Below, piece after piece: positions 20,510-29,940 of a stretch of 64,000 bases of DNA (position 1 is its first letter; each line of letters opens with the position of its first letter). The notes beneath the pieces were generated by a model that was given only the letters and a program-made list of their open reading frames with translations, ran no database searches and was not told the DNA's origin. This stretch comes from Steroidobacter flavus (GTDB taxonomy: Bacteria > Pseudomonadota > Gammaproteobacteria > Steroidobacterales > Steroidobacteraceae). The translations under genes were made by a program, and so were the position numbers. The stretch is from NCBI RefSeq assembly GCF_042651805.1, contig NZ_JBHSDU010000003.1:3461459-3525458 (forward strand), read 5' to 3'.

Positions 20510-20573
20510 CGGCGCTTCGCTCACTGGAAGCTTGCCAGGCCAGCCGTCAAAACCAGCCGTCAAACCAGCTAAG

Positions 20574-21890
20574 ATGAGCTCCGTGTTGACCGATCCAGTC
20601 TCCAGTGGCGCCGCCCCGGCCCAGCAGGCCGCCGTGGATACGTATGCTCACGTCAGCGGTTCGCGCCGCTGGTTGCTGCTGGGCTCGCTGACGACGGTCT
20701 TCTTCATCCTGCTGGCTCTGTACTGCGCCGTGCTCTCGGTGCTGCTGCCAAATCAGATCCAGGCCATCGATCCCGCGAACAAGGCGCGCGATCTTGCGAT
20801 CGTGTTCGCGGTCACTTCGATCTTCAGCACGTTGACGACGCCGATTGCCGGTGCGCTCTCCGATCGGACGCGCAGCCGCTGGGGTCGACGTACTCCTTGG
20901 ATCGCCGTGGGCGCGGTGGTCGGTGCGTTGTGTTTGTTTGCTGCTTCTCAGATGAGGCAGCTGTGGTCCATCACGTTCTTCTGGGTCGGCGCGACGGTTG
21001 CTTTGAACTCGATGCAGGCCGCGTTGACGACCATCGTCGCGGATCGATTTCCTGAGAAAGAGCGCGGCACGGTGTCGGGCTTCGTTGGCGCAGGCATGAC
21101 GGCGGGCGGCACGATCGGCATCGTGGTCGCGGGCTACATGGCATCGACACTGACGCTCGCGTATCTATTGTTTGCTGTTGCTATCGCGGTAGGCTGCGTG
21201 GCCTTCGTGCTCTTGAATCCCGAGCCGCGCTACCACGGCGCTGCGCCGAGCTCGATGCAACTCGGCGCGTTCTTCAAAAGCTTCTGGATCAGCCCGCGTC
21301 AGCATCCCGATTTCGCCTGGGCGTTCTGCGGACGCTTCGCCATCTACATGGGCTACCAGGGCATCGTCACGTATTTGCTTTATATCTTGCAGGACTACAT
21401 CGGCCTGTCCCTCGACAATGCGAATCGCATGATTGCGACCTTGTCGACGGTCACGTTCATCGCGCTGGTGATCGCAGGGCTCGGGTCCGGTTTGTTGTCC
21501 GACGCCATCGGCCGTCGCAAGCCGCTGGTTTTTCTTTCCAGCCTCATCATGGGCATCGCGCTCACCGTGCCGCTGGTGCTCGACACCGTGCCCGGCATGT
21601 TGTGGTACGCGGCACTGATGGGCATCGGCTACGGCGCGTTCATGTCGGTGGATATGGCGCTCATGACCCAGGTGTTGCCGAAGTCGCTGAGCGGCGAGGG
21701 CAGCGAGTCCACCGGCAAGGACCTCGGCATTCTCACCAGCGCCGTCAATGTGCCGCAGATCCTGAGCCCGGTCTGGTGTGCCTGGTTGCTGAACCTGTCC
21801 GGCAACAACTATCAGTGGCTGTTCATTTCGGCGATGGTGTTCGTCTTCGCCGGCTCATTCTTCGTGCTGCCCATCAAGTCCGTGCGCTGA
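20574..21890 (+). CDS. MFS transporter (sugar / sugar-acid type)
   Basis: 12 TM segments; 'SDRTRSRWGRR' MFS loop 2-3 motif. Confidence 0.75.
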   Translation: MSSVLTDPVSSGAAPAQQAAVDTYAHVSGSRRWLLLGSLTTVFFILLALYCAVLSVLLPNQIQAIDPANKARDLAIVFAVTSIFSTLTTPIAGALSDRTRSRWGRRTPWIAVGAVVGALCLFAASQMRQLWSITFFWVGATVALNSMQAALTTIVADRFPEKERGTVSGFVGAGMTAGGTIGIVVAGYMASTLTLAYLLFAVAIAVGCVAFVLLNPEPRYHGAAPSSMQLGAFFKSFWISPRQHPDFAWAFCGRFAIYMGYQGIVTYLLYILQDYIGLSLDNANRMIATLSTVTFIALVIAGLGSGLLSDAIGRRKPLVFLSSLIMGIALTVPLVLDTVPGMLWYAALMGIGYGAFMSVDMALMTQVLPKSLSGEGSESTGKDLGILTSAVNVPQILSPVWCAWLLNLSGNNYQWLFISAMVFVFAGSFFVLPIKSVR

Positions 21891-21912
21891 GCGCAGCCGG
21901 TTGGAGATTTCG

Positions 21913-22638
21913 ATGTCGAGGCTTGTTAACAAAGTTGCATTGGTGACCGCCGCCGCTCAAGGCATCGGTCGCGCCACCGCCGAGCTGTTCGCTCGCGAAG
22001 GCGCTCGGGTCATTGCCACCGACATCGATGCGGGCAAGCTGTCCGAGCTGCAAGGCGTTGAAACGCGTCGGCTCGACGTGCGATCCGCGGATGCCATCAA
22101 TGCGCTCGCTGCTGAACTCGGCACGGTCGATGTCATCTTCAACTGCGCGGGCATCGTGCACGCCGGCACCATTCTCGAGTGCGATGACAATGCGTGGAGC
22201 ACATCCGTCGATCTGAATGTGACGCCGATGTATCGAATCATTCGTGCCTTCCTGCCGGAGATGCTCGATGCCGGCGGCGGCTCGATCATCAACATGTCCT
22301 CGATCGCCGGCTACAAGGCGGTGCCGAATCGTTTCGCCTACTCGGCGACGAAGGCCGCGATCATCGGCCTCACCAAGTCTGTCGCGGTGGATTACATCTC
22401 GCGCGGCATTCGTTGTAACGCGATCTGTCCGGGCACGGTCGATACACCGTCGCTGCATCAGCGCATGCAGGCGACCGGCGATTACGAAGCCGCGCACAAA
22501 GCCTTTATTGCCCGTCAGCCCATGGGTCGATTGGGCACAGCCGAAGAGATCGCGCTGCTTGCGCTGTATCTGGCCAGCGACGAATCGAAGTTCGTCACCG
22601 GTCAGACACACACCATCGATGGTGGCTGGACCGCATGA
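21913..22638 (+). CDS. SDR-family dehydrogenase, 2-keto-3-deoxy-L-fuconate dehydrogenase-like
   Basis: 'VALVTAAAQGIGRATA', 'YSATKAAI' Y-x3-K motif. Confidence 0.7.
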   Translation: MSRLVNKVALVTAAAQGIGRATAELFAREGARVIATDIDAGKLSELQGVETRRLDVRSADAINALAAELGTVDVIFNCAGIVHAGTILECDDNAWSTSVDLNVTPMYRIIRAFLPEMLDAGGGSIINMSSIAGYKAVPNRFAYSATKAAIIGLTKSVAVDYISRGIRCNAICPGTVDTPSLHQRMQATGDYEAAHKAFIARQPMGRLGTAEEIALLALYLASDESKFVTGQTHTIDGGWTA

Positions 22639-23000
22639 CCACGACGCGGCGAATGTGCTTCGCGGTCGACCTTCGGGACGATCCCGAGGTCATCGCCAGT
22701 TACAAACGCTGGCACGCGCCGGGCGGGCCGCCGGCGGGTGTGACGCGGTCGCTGCGTGAAGGCGGCATCGCCGTGCTCGAGATTTATCTGATCGGCAATC
22801 GACTGTTCATGATCATGGATGTCGATGCGCGCTATTCGCCGGAAGCCAAAGAGCGTGCGGATGCGACCAATGCCGATGTGCAAGCGTGGAATCAGTTGAT
22901 GGACACGCTTCAGCAAGCGCTGCCGTTTGCGAAGCCCGGCGTGAACGCCGGCAAGTGGCAACCGATGGAGTGCATCTACTCCCTCGCTGCGCAGCCCTGA
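22635..23000 (+). CDS. L-rhamnose/L-fucose mutarotase (RhaM family)
   Basis: 121 aa. 'YKRWHAPGGPP...EIYLIGNRLFMIMD' matches the RhaM fold. Confidence 0.6.
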   Translation: MTTTRRMCFAVDLRDDPEVIASYKRWHAPGGPPAGVTRSLREGGIAVLEIYLIGNRLFMIMDVDARYSPEAKERADATNADVQAWNQLMDTLQQALPFAKPGVNAGKWQPMECIYSLAAQP

Positions 23001-23030
23001 CCCATTTTCTTTTTGCGATCGAGTGAGCTT

Positions 23031-23879
23031 ATGAAACTGCTTCGTTACGGCCTGCCGGGCCAGGAAAGACCAGGGCTGCTGGATGCCACGGGCAAGATCC
23101 GCGACTTGAGCGGAGTCGTCACCGACATCGGCGGCGACACATTGACGCCCGCCGGTCTCGATAAGCTGGCATCGCTCGACACATCGAAGCTGCCCGTTGT
23201 GGACAGCAAAGTGCGGCTCGGTGCGTGCGTGGGCCGCATTGGCAAGTTCATTTGCATCGGCTTGAACTTCTCCGATCACGCGGCCGAATCGAACCTGCCC
23301 ATTCCCGCCGAGCCCGTGGTGTTCGGCAAATGGACCAGCGCCGTCGTCGGCCCGAACGATGACATCGAGATCCCGCGCGGCTCGCAGAAGACCGATTGGG
23401 AAGTCGAATTGGGCGTCGTCATCGGTAAGGGCGGTCGCTACATCGAAGAAGCCGACGCGCTCTCGCATGTGGCCGGCTACTGCGTGATCAACGATGTCTC
23501 CGAGCGCGAGTTTCAGCTCGAGCGCGGCGGCACGTGGGACAAAGGCAAAGGTTGCGACACGTTCGGTCCGACCGGCCCGTGGCTGGTCACCAAAGACGAA
23601 GTGCCCGATCCGCATACGTTGGGCATGTGGTTGGAAGTGGACGGCAAGCGCTATCAGAACGGCAACAGCTCGAACATGATCTTCCGCATTCCGCGCATCA
23701 TCAGCTATCTGAGCGGCATGATGAGCTTGCAGCCCGGAGATGTGATTTCCACCGGCACACCCGCGGGCGTCGGTCTCGGTTTCAAGCCACCGATTTATCT
23801 GCGGCCGGGCAACGTCATTCGCCTCGGCATCGACAAGCTCGGTGAGCAGCGTCAGGTCGTGAAGGCATACGGTGCCTGA
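23031..23879 (+). CDS. FAH-family hydrolase, 2,4-diketo-3-deoxy-L-fuconate hydrolase-like
   Basis: 'GLNFSDHAAE', 'GDVISTGTPAGVG' FAH signature. Confidence 0.65.
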   Translation: MKLLRYGLPGQERPGLLDATGKIRDLSGVVTDIGGDTLTPAGLDKLASLDTSKLPVVDSKVRLGACVGRIGKFICIGLNFSDHAAESNLPIPAEPVVFGKWTSAVVGPNDDIEIPRGSQKTDWEVELGVVIGKGGRYIEEADALSHVAGYCVINDVSEREFQLERGGTWDKGKGCDTFGPTGPWLVTKDEVPDPHTLGMWLEVDGKRYQNGNSSNMIFRIPRIISYLSGMMSLQPGDVISTGTPAGVGLGFKPPIYLRPGNVIRLGIDKLGEQRQVVKAYGA

Positions 23880-24736
23880 TGCGCGTCGATTCGCACATTC
23901 ATTTCTGGCGCTTTGATCCGCGGGAGTATCCGTGGATGAGCGCGGATATGCAGGCGCTGAAACGCGATCGCCTGCCGGAGGATGTGCGCCCGTTGTTGGA
24001 TCAGGCGCGCATCGACAGTTGTATCGCCGTGCAGGCACGCATGAGCGAGCCGGAGACGGATTTCCTATTGGATCTCGCGATTCGCTATCCGTGGATTGCC
24101 GGTGTCATCGGTTGGGTGGATCTGTGCGACGAGCGGCTGGCTCGACGATTGGAGCGCTGGGCGTCGCAGAAGAAGCTCATCGGCTTTCGTCATGTGCTTC
24201 AGGGCGATCCCAACGCCGGTGCCTTGGTGTCGAGCGCCGCGTTCGAGCGCGGCGTGGCGCTGATTCAAAGCCGAAAGATGATTTACGAGCTGCTGGTCTC
24301 TGCCGACCAGTTTCCTGCGATTACGCCGTTCTCGCGTAAGAGCGATCAACATTGGCTGGTGCTCGATCACCTCGGCAAGCCGGATGTTCGCCATCGACAG
24401 ATCGATTCGTGGCGGCGGGATCTCGCGGCGATCGCGGCATTACCTCATGTCGTCTGCAAGTTGTCGGGATTGGTTACTGAAGCCAACGACGCTGCTGGCA
24501 AGTTCGACGCCGACCATCTGCGCGACTATCTCGACGTTGCGTTGGAGATGTTCGGGCCGCGGCGCTTGATGTTCGGTTCCGACTGGCCGGTGTGCCTGTT
24601 GGTTTCTGAGTACGCCGAGGTTGCCGACATCATCGAGCGCTGGTCGTCGCGACTTTCCGCGGCGGATCGCGAGTGGATCTGGGGCAAGACGGCGGCCCAA
24701 GTTTACGGTCTGGCGGCGAGGGGCAATCATGGTTGA
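23879..24736 (+). CDS. Amidohydrolase-2 family lactonase, L-fucono-1,5-lactonase-like
   Basis: 'MRVDSHIHFWRFDP' metal-binding HxH N-terminus of the COG3618 lactonases. Confidence 0.65.
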   Translation: MRVDSHIHFWRFDPREYPWMSADMQALKRDRLPEDVRPLLDQARIDSCIAVQARMSEPETDFLLDLAIRYPWIAGVIGWVDLCDERLARRLERWASQKKLIGFRHVLQGDPNAGALVSSAAFERGVALIQSRKMIYELLVSADQFPAITPFSRKSDQHWLVLDHLGKPDVRHRQIDSWRRDLAAIAALPHVVCKLSGLVTEANDAAGKFDADHLRDYLDVALEMFGPRRLMFGSDWPVCLLVSEYAEVADIIERWSSRLSAADREWIWGKTAAQVYGLAARGNHG

Positions 24737-25913
24737 GCTCTACGGGCATTCGAACTCACGACGCGACGTGTCCGCGCATGCCGGCATGTTGTCTCAGTTC
24801 GCTGGCGTGCGATTGATGGAGCTGTCGGATGGCGTGGAACGCGGCATTCGTATGCTCGAGTTTCGCACCGGCACCGGCTTGCGCTTCACCGTGCTCGTCG
24901 ATCGCGCGCTCGACATCGCCGAGTGCGAGCACAAAGGCCGCGCGATTGGATGGCATTCGCCGACAGGCTTTCGTCATCCCGGTTTGCATGAATATGAAGG
25001 CGAGGGCGGGCTGTCGTGGCTGCGCTCGTTCTCTGGTTTGATTGTGACGTGCGGCCTGGATCACATCCTGTTCATGGATGACGACGATGCCAGTCAGTAC
25101 GTCTACGGCCCGCGCACGTCGGTGAAGTCATCGCTGCATGGTCGTATCGGCACGATCCCGGCTCGTCTCACCGGTTACGGCGAGCGTTGGGATGGCGATG
25201 AGTGCACGCTGTGGTGTGAAGGCATCGTGCAGCAGTCCGCTGTGTTTGGCGAGGACCTGCAGCTGATTCGTCGCATCGAGGCCAAGGTTGGTTCCGATGA
25301 GATTCGATTGATGGATCGCGTCGTGAATCATGGCTTCTATCGCACGCCTCACATGCTCTGCTACCACATCAACGTGGGGCATCCGGTGCTCGCCGAAGGC
25401 TCACGCTATCTCGCGCCAATTCGCGATGTTGTGTGGGCGGCGCATGCAGGTGAGAAATATCGCGCGCAGGGCGTTGGTTATCGGCAGTTGCCTGCGCCGA
25501 AGATGGGCTTTCACGAGCAGGTGTGGCAGCACGAGATGGCGGCGGATGCTGCCGGCAATGTGCCGGTCGCGCTTGTGAACGATGCGATTGGGTTTGGATT
25601 CCAGGTTGAGACACGCAAGGAACAGTTTCCTTGTCAGTACGAGTGGCAGAACCTGCAGGCGGGCCAGTACGCGCTCGGCATCGAGCCGTCGACGCATCAT
25701 GTGCTCGGCAAGCAGTTCGCCCGTCAACGCGACGAGATGATCTGGCTGGAGCATGGCGACGAGCGTCGCTATGACACGGTATTCAAAGTGCTCGATGGCG
25801 CGGCCGCTATTGGCGCCGCGGAGAAACGGATTCGGTCCATCGCTGAGCAACCGAAAGAGGATTATCCGGCGCCGTCGGGTGAGTACCGGAAGATCCCGGG
25901 GCGGACGGCATGA
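24729..25913 (+). CDS. Aldose-1-epimerase-like (DUF4432-type) protein
   Basis: 394 aa, His/Asp-rich beta-sandwich-like pattern. The assignment to the mutarotase-like superfamily is from memory and of modest certainty. Confidence 0.4.
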   Translation: MVELYGHSNSRRDVSAHAGMLSQFAGVRLMELSDGVERGIRMLEFRTGTGLRFTVLVDRALDIAECEHKGRAIGWHSPTGFRHPGLHEYEGEGGLSWLRSFSGLIVTCGLDHILFMDDDDASQYVYGPRTSVKSSLHGRIGTIPARLTGYGERWDGDECTLWCEGIVQQSAVFGEDLQLIRRIEAKVGSDEIRLMDRVVNHGFYRTPHMLCYHINVGHPVLAEGSRYLAPIRDVVWAAHAGEKYRAQGVGYRQLPAPKMGFHEQVWQHEMAADAAGNVPVALVNDAIGFGFQVETRKEQFPCQYEWQNLQAGQYALGIEPSTHHVLGKQFARQRDEMIWLEHGDERRYDTVFKVLDGAAAIGAAEKRIRSIAEQPKEDYPAPSGEYRKIPGRTA

Positions 25914-26037
25914 ACCAGTTCCTCTTCGTGCGGCGTTCCGCACCGGCGGGGCGCGCCGGTAGCGCGCTATCGCGCGTACCGGAATTCAGGATCAATTGCG
26001 CCGGCGACGGGCTCGTCTGTAGCACGCAGGTGACTTC

Positions 26038-26790
26038 ATGAGCATCTCCGGCAAAACCATTCTCTATACCGGCGCAGCCGGCGGCTTGGGCCTGGCGACG
26101 ACAGTCGCGTTTCTTGATCGTGGCGCGACGGTGGTTGCGGTCGACAACAACGCGGAAAAGATCGCTGCACTGGAAGCGGCGGTTCCATCGGCGGCACGGT
26201 CGCGCTTGAAGGTCCTGCGCTCGAATCTCGGCGACCTCGCGGCGTTCCGTTCTGACATCGAAGCGATGGCAAAGAGCGTCGGCGGCTATGACGTGGTGAT
26301 CAACAACGCGGCCATCTATCCCGCGAAGCCGTTCGAGCAATTCACCGTAGAGGAACATCAAGCGGTTCAGCGGGTGAACGTTGATGCCGGCATCGTTGCG
26401 GTTCAAGTCGCTCTGCCCAGCATGCGGGCGAAACAGTGGGGCCGCATCATCAACGTCAGCAGCGTCACGTTCTACGGCGGCTGGGCCCTTCTCTCGCCGT
26501 ACGTCGCATCGAAAGCGGCACTAGTCGGCTTGACCCGCGCATGGGCGCGAGAGTTTGGCGAGTACGGCGTAACCGTGAACGCAATTGCTCCGGGCGCCTT
26601 CCCGACCGACGCGGAAAAGATCCATCCGGATCCGGAAGGCTACACCCGCTTCGTGCTCGAGCGTCAGGCCGTCAAACGTCGCGGCAGCCCGCTCGACATC
26701 GCAAACGCATTGGCTTTTCTCGCCTCCGACGAGGCGGGCTTCATCACCGGCCAGACGTTGAACGTCGACGGCGGCTGGGTGATGCATTAA
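26038..26790 (+). CDS. SDR-family oxidoreductase
   Basis: 'TGAAGGLGLATTVAFLDRGATVVAV', 'YVASKAAL'. Confidence 0.75.
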   Translation: MSISGKTILYTGAAGGLGLATTVAFLDRGATVVAVDNNAEKIAALEAAVPSAARSRLKVLRSNLGDLAAFRSDIEAMAKSVGGYDVVINNAAIYPAKPFEQFTVEEHQAVQRVNVDAGIVAVQVALPSMRAKQWGRIINVSSVTFYGGWALLSPYVASKAALVGLTRAWAREFGEYGVTVNAIAPGAFPTDAEKIHPDPEGYTRFVLERQAVKRRGSPLDIANALAFLASDEAGFITGQTLNVDGGWVMH

Positions 26791-26800
26791 GGAATCACAG

Positions 26801-27991
26801 ATGAGCGTCCTCAAGGGTTATCGGGTGCTGGATTGTTCGATCGCCATGGCGGGGCCGTTCGCCGCGCAACGGCTCGGCGATCTCGGGGCCGATGTGATCA
26901 AGGTCGAGCCGGTCGCCGGTGAATGGCAGCGCTTCCGCGCGGCCGGTGGCGCGACGGGCAATCGCATCAATGTTTCCTTTCTTTCGCTGAACCGGAACAA
27001 GCGCTCGCTCGCCGTCGATCTGAAGGCGGCGGAAGGCAAGCAGGTGCTGATGGAGCTGGTGAAGACCGCGGATGTATTCATCCAGAACTACCGGCCCGGT
27101 GTCGCCAAGCGCCTGGGCGTGGACTACGAGACGCTGAGCAAGATCAATCCGCGTCTTATATATGTATCGATCTCCGGCTACGGGGAGACTGGTCCTTACG
27201 TGGACCGCCCCGGTCAGGACCTGCTGTTGCAGGGCATGTCGGGCGCGATGCTCTCTGCCGGTCGCGCGGGCGAGCCGCCGACGCCCGCCGGACAATATCT
27301 CGCCGACGCAGTCACAGCCTACACCGCATTCGAAGGCACCCTGGCCGCGCTGTTACATCGCGAGCGCACCGGTGAAGGTCAGCTCGTGCAGGTCAACATG
27401 CTGGACGCCATTGTCGCGATTCAGATGCAGGAGCTCTCTGTATTCACGGTCGGCAAGAAGCCGCAGGTTCGATCGGCCGAGCCGCATGCTCACAGTTACA
27501 TTCGCGCTCCGTACGGCGTGTTTGCGACTGCCGATGGCTACATCGTCATGGCGTTCGCGAATCTGAAGAAGCTGGGCGAGCTGATCGGCGAGCCGAGCTT
27601 CGCCGACATGGTCGACGAAGAGAAGGACAGCTGGACCTATCGAGATGAAATCTTCGCCCGCACGCGCGAACGACTCGTGGCGCGCAAGTCGCAGGAGTGG
27701 ATCGAGCTGTTCCTGAAGAACGATATCTGGGCCGGCCCGGTGTACGGCTACGAGGATGTGGTGAAGGATCCGCAGATCGCGCATAACGGCACGTTCGTCG
27801 AGTACGACCATCCCACGGAAGGTCACGTCAAAATGCCAGGCTTTCCGATCAAGTTCAGCAAGACGCCTTCGAGCATCTCGCGCGGCGCGCCGCAGACGGG
27901 CGAGCACACGAGCGCTATCTTGCAGGAAGCGGGCTTTGCGCCGGAGAAGATCAGCAGCCTCATCAGCGCGGGCGTCGTGAAGCAGGACTGA
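26801..27991 (+). CDS. CoA-transferase family III (CaiB/BaiF/Frc-type)
   Basis: 'LKGYRVLDCSIAMAGPFAAQRLGDLGADVIKVEP' is the classic family-III N-terminus. Confidence 0.85.
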   Translation: MSVLKGYRVLDCSIAMAGPFAAQRLGDLGADVIKVEPVAGEWQRFRAAGGATGNRINVSFLSLNRNKRSLAVDLKAAEGKQVLMELVKTADVFIQNYRPGVAKRLGVDYETLSKINPRLIYVSISGYGETGPYVDRPGQDLLLQGMSGAMLSAGRAGEPPTPAGQYLADAVTAYTAFEGTLAALLHRERTGEGQLVQVNMLDAIVAIQMQELSVFTVGKKPQVRSAEPHAHSYIRAPYGVFATADGYIVMAFANLKKLGELIGEPSFADMVDEEKDSWTYRDEIFARTRERLVARKSQEWIELFLKNDIWAGPVYGYEDVVKDPQIAHNGTFVEYDHPTEGHVKMPGFPIKFSKTPSSISRGAPQTGEHTSAILQEAGFAPEKISSLISAGVVKQD

Positions 27992-27993
27992 GC

Positions 27994-29139
27994 ATGCATT
28001 ATCTCGGCCTGACCTGGGATCATCCTCGCGGCTATAACGCTTTAGCCGCCGCCGCTGCTCGACTCGATGTGAATCGGGACCGGTTCACGCTGGCCTGGCA
28101 GAAGCAACCGTTGGAAGGCTTCGAGGCGCATCCGATTGCGGATCTGTGTGCTCGATACGATCTGGTGGTGCTGGATCATCCGCACGTGGGTGAGGCGGTT
28201 GCGTCGAAATGTCTGCAACCGCTGGAATCGCTGTTCTCCGCCGTCGAGATCGCGTCGCTGGAGGCGGACACTATTGGCCCCTGCCTGAGCAGCTATAAAT
28301 ATGAAGGTCAGCACTGGGCGCTGCCGTTGGATGCCGCCACCCAGGTGATGGCGTACCGCGCCGATTTGGTCGGTGGCGAGGCGCCGGTGACGTGGGATGA
28401 AGTCGTTGCGTTGTCGGAACGCGCGCCGGTCGCGTTGTCGGTCGCCGGGCCGCATGCGGCGTTGAGTTTTCAGTCCATCGCCACTTCGTTCGGCGAGCCG
28501 CCCGCGAATCGCGATCCCGAGTTGTTTGTTTCCGAGGCGACGGGCCTGGCGGTGCTCGATGTGATGGCTCGGCTCGCGAGCCGCAGTCCGTCGAGCGTGT
28601 GGGCGCTGAATCCCATCGGCATCCTGGGGCACATGGCGCAGTCGCGAGACGTTGCGTTGTGCCCGCTGATTTATGGCTACGTGAACTATGCGAGCCCGAC
28701 GCAGTCCGGCGCGGCTCCCATCTCGTTCTCGAATGCGCCGCGAAAGGTTGCGGGCGGCCGGCCCGGATCGACGCTCGGCGGCACCGGAATCGGTATCTCC
28801 ACTCGATGCAAGCCGTCGCCCGAGCTGCTGAACCACTTGCGATGGCTGCTTTCGGAAGGCGCACAGAGCGTGTTCATTCCGTCGCACGACGGCCAGCCGA
28901 GCCGTCGCTCGTCGTGGCACAACGCTGCCGTGAACGAGCGTTGGAATCGTTTCTATGAGCACACTGCCGAGACGTTGGAAAAGGCGTACGTGCGGCCCCG
29001 TTTCAACGGCGCGATTGCTTTCCAGACTCGTTGCTCACAGCTGATCCGCGACGGGCTGGCGGAGCGACGGTCGCATCGTGCGGTGCTGGGCGATATTCAA
29101 GATGCGTACGGCGCCTCGTTCCGCGCGGCTGCTGCCTGA
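27994..29139 (+). CDS. Hypothetical cytoplasmic protein (381 aa) within acyl-CoA operon
   Basis: Long ORF in the operon frame. The antisense 306-aa ORF is Arg-rich junk. No family recognised; no signal peptide. Confidence 0.5.
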   Translation: MHYLGLTWDHPRGYNALAAAAARLDVNRDRFTLAWQKQPLEGFEAHPIADLCARYDLVVLDHPHVGEAVASKCLQPLESLFSAVEIASLEADTIGPCLSSYKYEGQHWALPLDAATQVMAYRADLVGGEAPVTWDEVVALSERAPVALSVAGPHAALSFQSIATSFGEPPANRDPELFVSEATGLAVLDVMARLASRSPSSVWALNPIGILGHMAQSRDVALCPLIYGYVNYASPTQSGAAPISFSNAPRKVAGGRPGSTLGGTGIGISTRCKPSPELLNHLRWLLSEGAQSVFIPSHDGQPSRRSSWHNAAVNERWNRFYEHTAETLEKAYVRPRFNGAIAFQTRCSQLIRDGLAERRSHRAVLGDIQDAYGASFRAAAA

Positions 29140-29149
29140 GGACATGATC

Positions 29150-29920
29150 ATGACCGACAAGGTTCTGTTCGACGTGCAAGGTCACGTCGCCACGATCACG
29201 CTGAATCGACCCGAGAAGCTCAACGCCGCCACGCCGGAGATGTCCAAGGCCATCGTGGCCGCGGCGGAGGAGTGCAATCGTAACGATCAGATCCGTTGCG
29301 TCATCGTGACGGGCGCCGGGCCGAAATCCTTTTGCGCGGGCTCCGACATCGCGGAGCTCGATACCTACGCGACGCCCTGGGATTTCCGCAACCGTGCGGA
29401 CTACTGCGATGCCATTCATCGTTTGTTGAAGCCGAGCATCGCGGCCGTGAATGGCTACGCCTTCGGCGGTGGTCTCGAGACCGCATTGTCTTGTGACATT
29501 CGCATCGCATCGAAGAACGCGCGCTTCGCGGCGCCGGAGATCAAGCTGGGTTGGATCGGCGGCGGCGGCATGGCGGCGTTTCTTTCCAAGAGCATCGGTT
29601 TGTCAAACACGGCGCTGATGCTGATGACCGGCGATCCCATCGATGCCGAGAAGGCGTTGTCGTGGGGCCTGATCAGCGAGTTGGTCGAGCAAGAAGAATT
29701 AATGCCACGCGCCCGCGCAATTGCCGAGACCATTGCTTCTCGCGCGCCCATCGCGGCCGAGACGGCCAAGTTGAATCTGCGTGCGGCGTGTTCGATGCCG
29801 CTCGAGAAGGCAATGGAATACGAGCGCGACTTGCAGACCATTTGTTTCGCCACCGCGGATGCTGCGGAGGGCCGGGCGGCGTTTAAAGAGAAGCGTGCGC
29901 CGGTGTTTCAGCGGCGCTGA
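29150..29920 (+). CDS. Enoyl-CoA hydratase/isomerase (crotonase)
   Basis: 'VATITLNRPEKLNA', 'GYAFGGGLETALSCDIRIAS'. Confidence 0.85.
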   Translation: MTDKVLFDVQGHVATITLNRPEKLNAATPEMSKAIVAAAEECNRNDQIRCVIVTGAGPKSFCAGSDIAELDTYATPWDFRNRADYCDAIHRLLKPSIAAVNGYAFGGGLETALSCDIRIASKNARFAAPEIKLGWIGGGGMAAFLSKSIGLSNTALMLMTGDPIDAEKALSWGLISELVEQEELMPRARAIAETIASRAPIAAETAKLNLRAACSMPLEKAMEYERDLQTICFATADAAEGRAAFKEKRAPVFQRR

Positions 29921-29940
29921 GTTTGTTTCGGGGGATAAGT

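Noticed and set aside
19325-20563. 412-aa minus-strand ORF antisense to the enolase-superfamily gene
   Set aside because: Shadow ORF; the plus-strand gene carries the KxK and metal-ligand motifs.
20541-20570. Short tandem 'ccagccgtcaaa(a)ccagccgtcaaacc' upstream of the MFS start
   Set aside because: Only two copies of ~12 bp, probably incidental; noted only as a possible regulator half-site.
22602-24038. 478-aa minus-strand ORF spanning the mutarotase/FAH/lactonase genes
   Set aside because: It crosses three well-supported plus-strand genes, with low-complexity composition.
28042-28962. 306-aa minus-strand ORF opposite the unknown 381-aa gene
   Set aside because: Extremely Arg-rich ('RRATARLAVVRRNE...'). 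The plus-strand ORF is in operon phase with tight 3-nt junctions on both sides.
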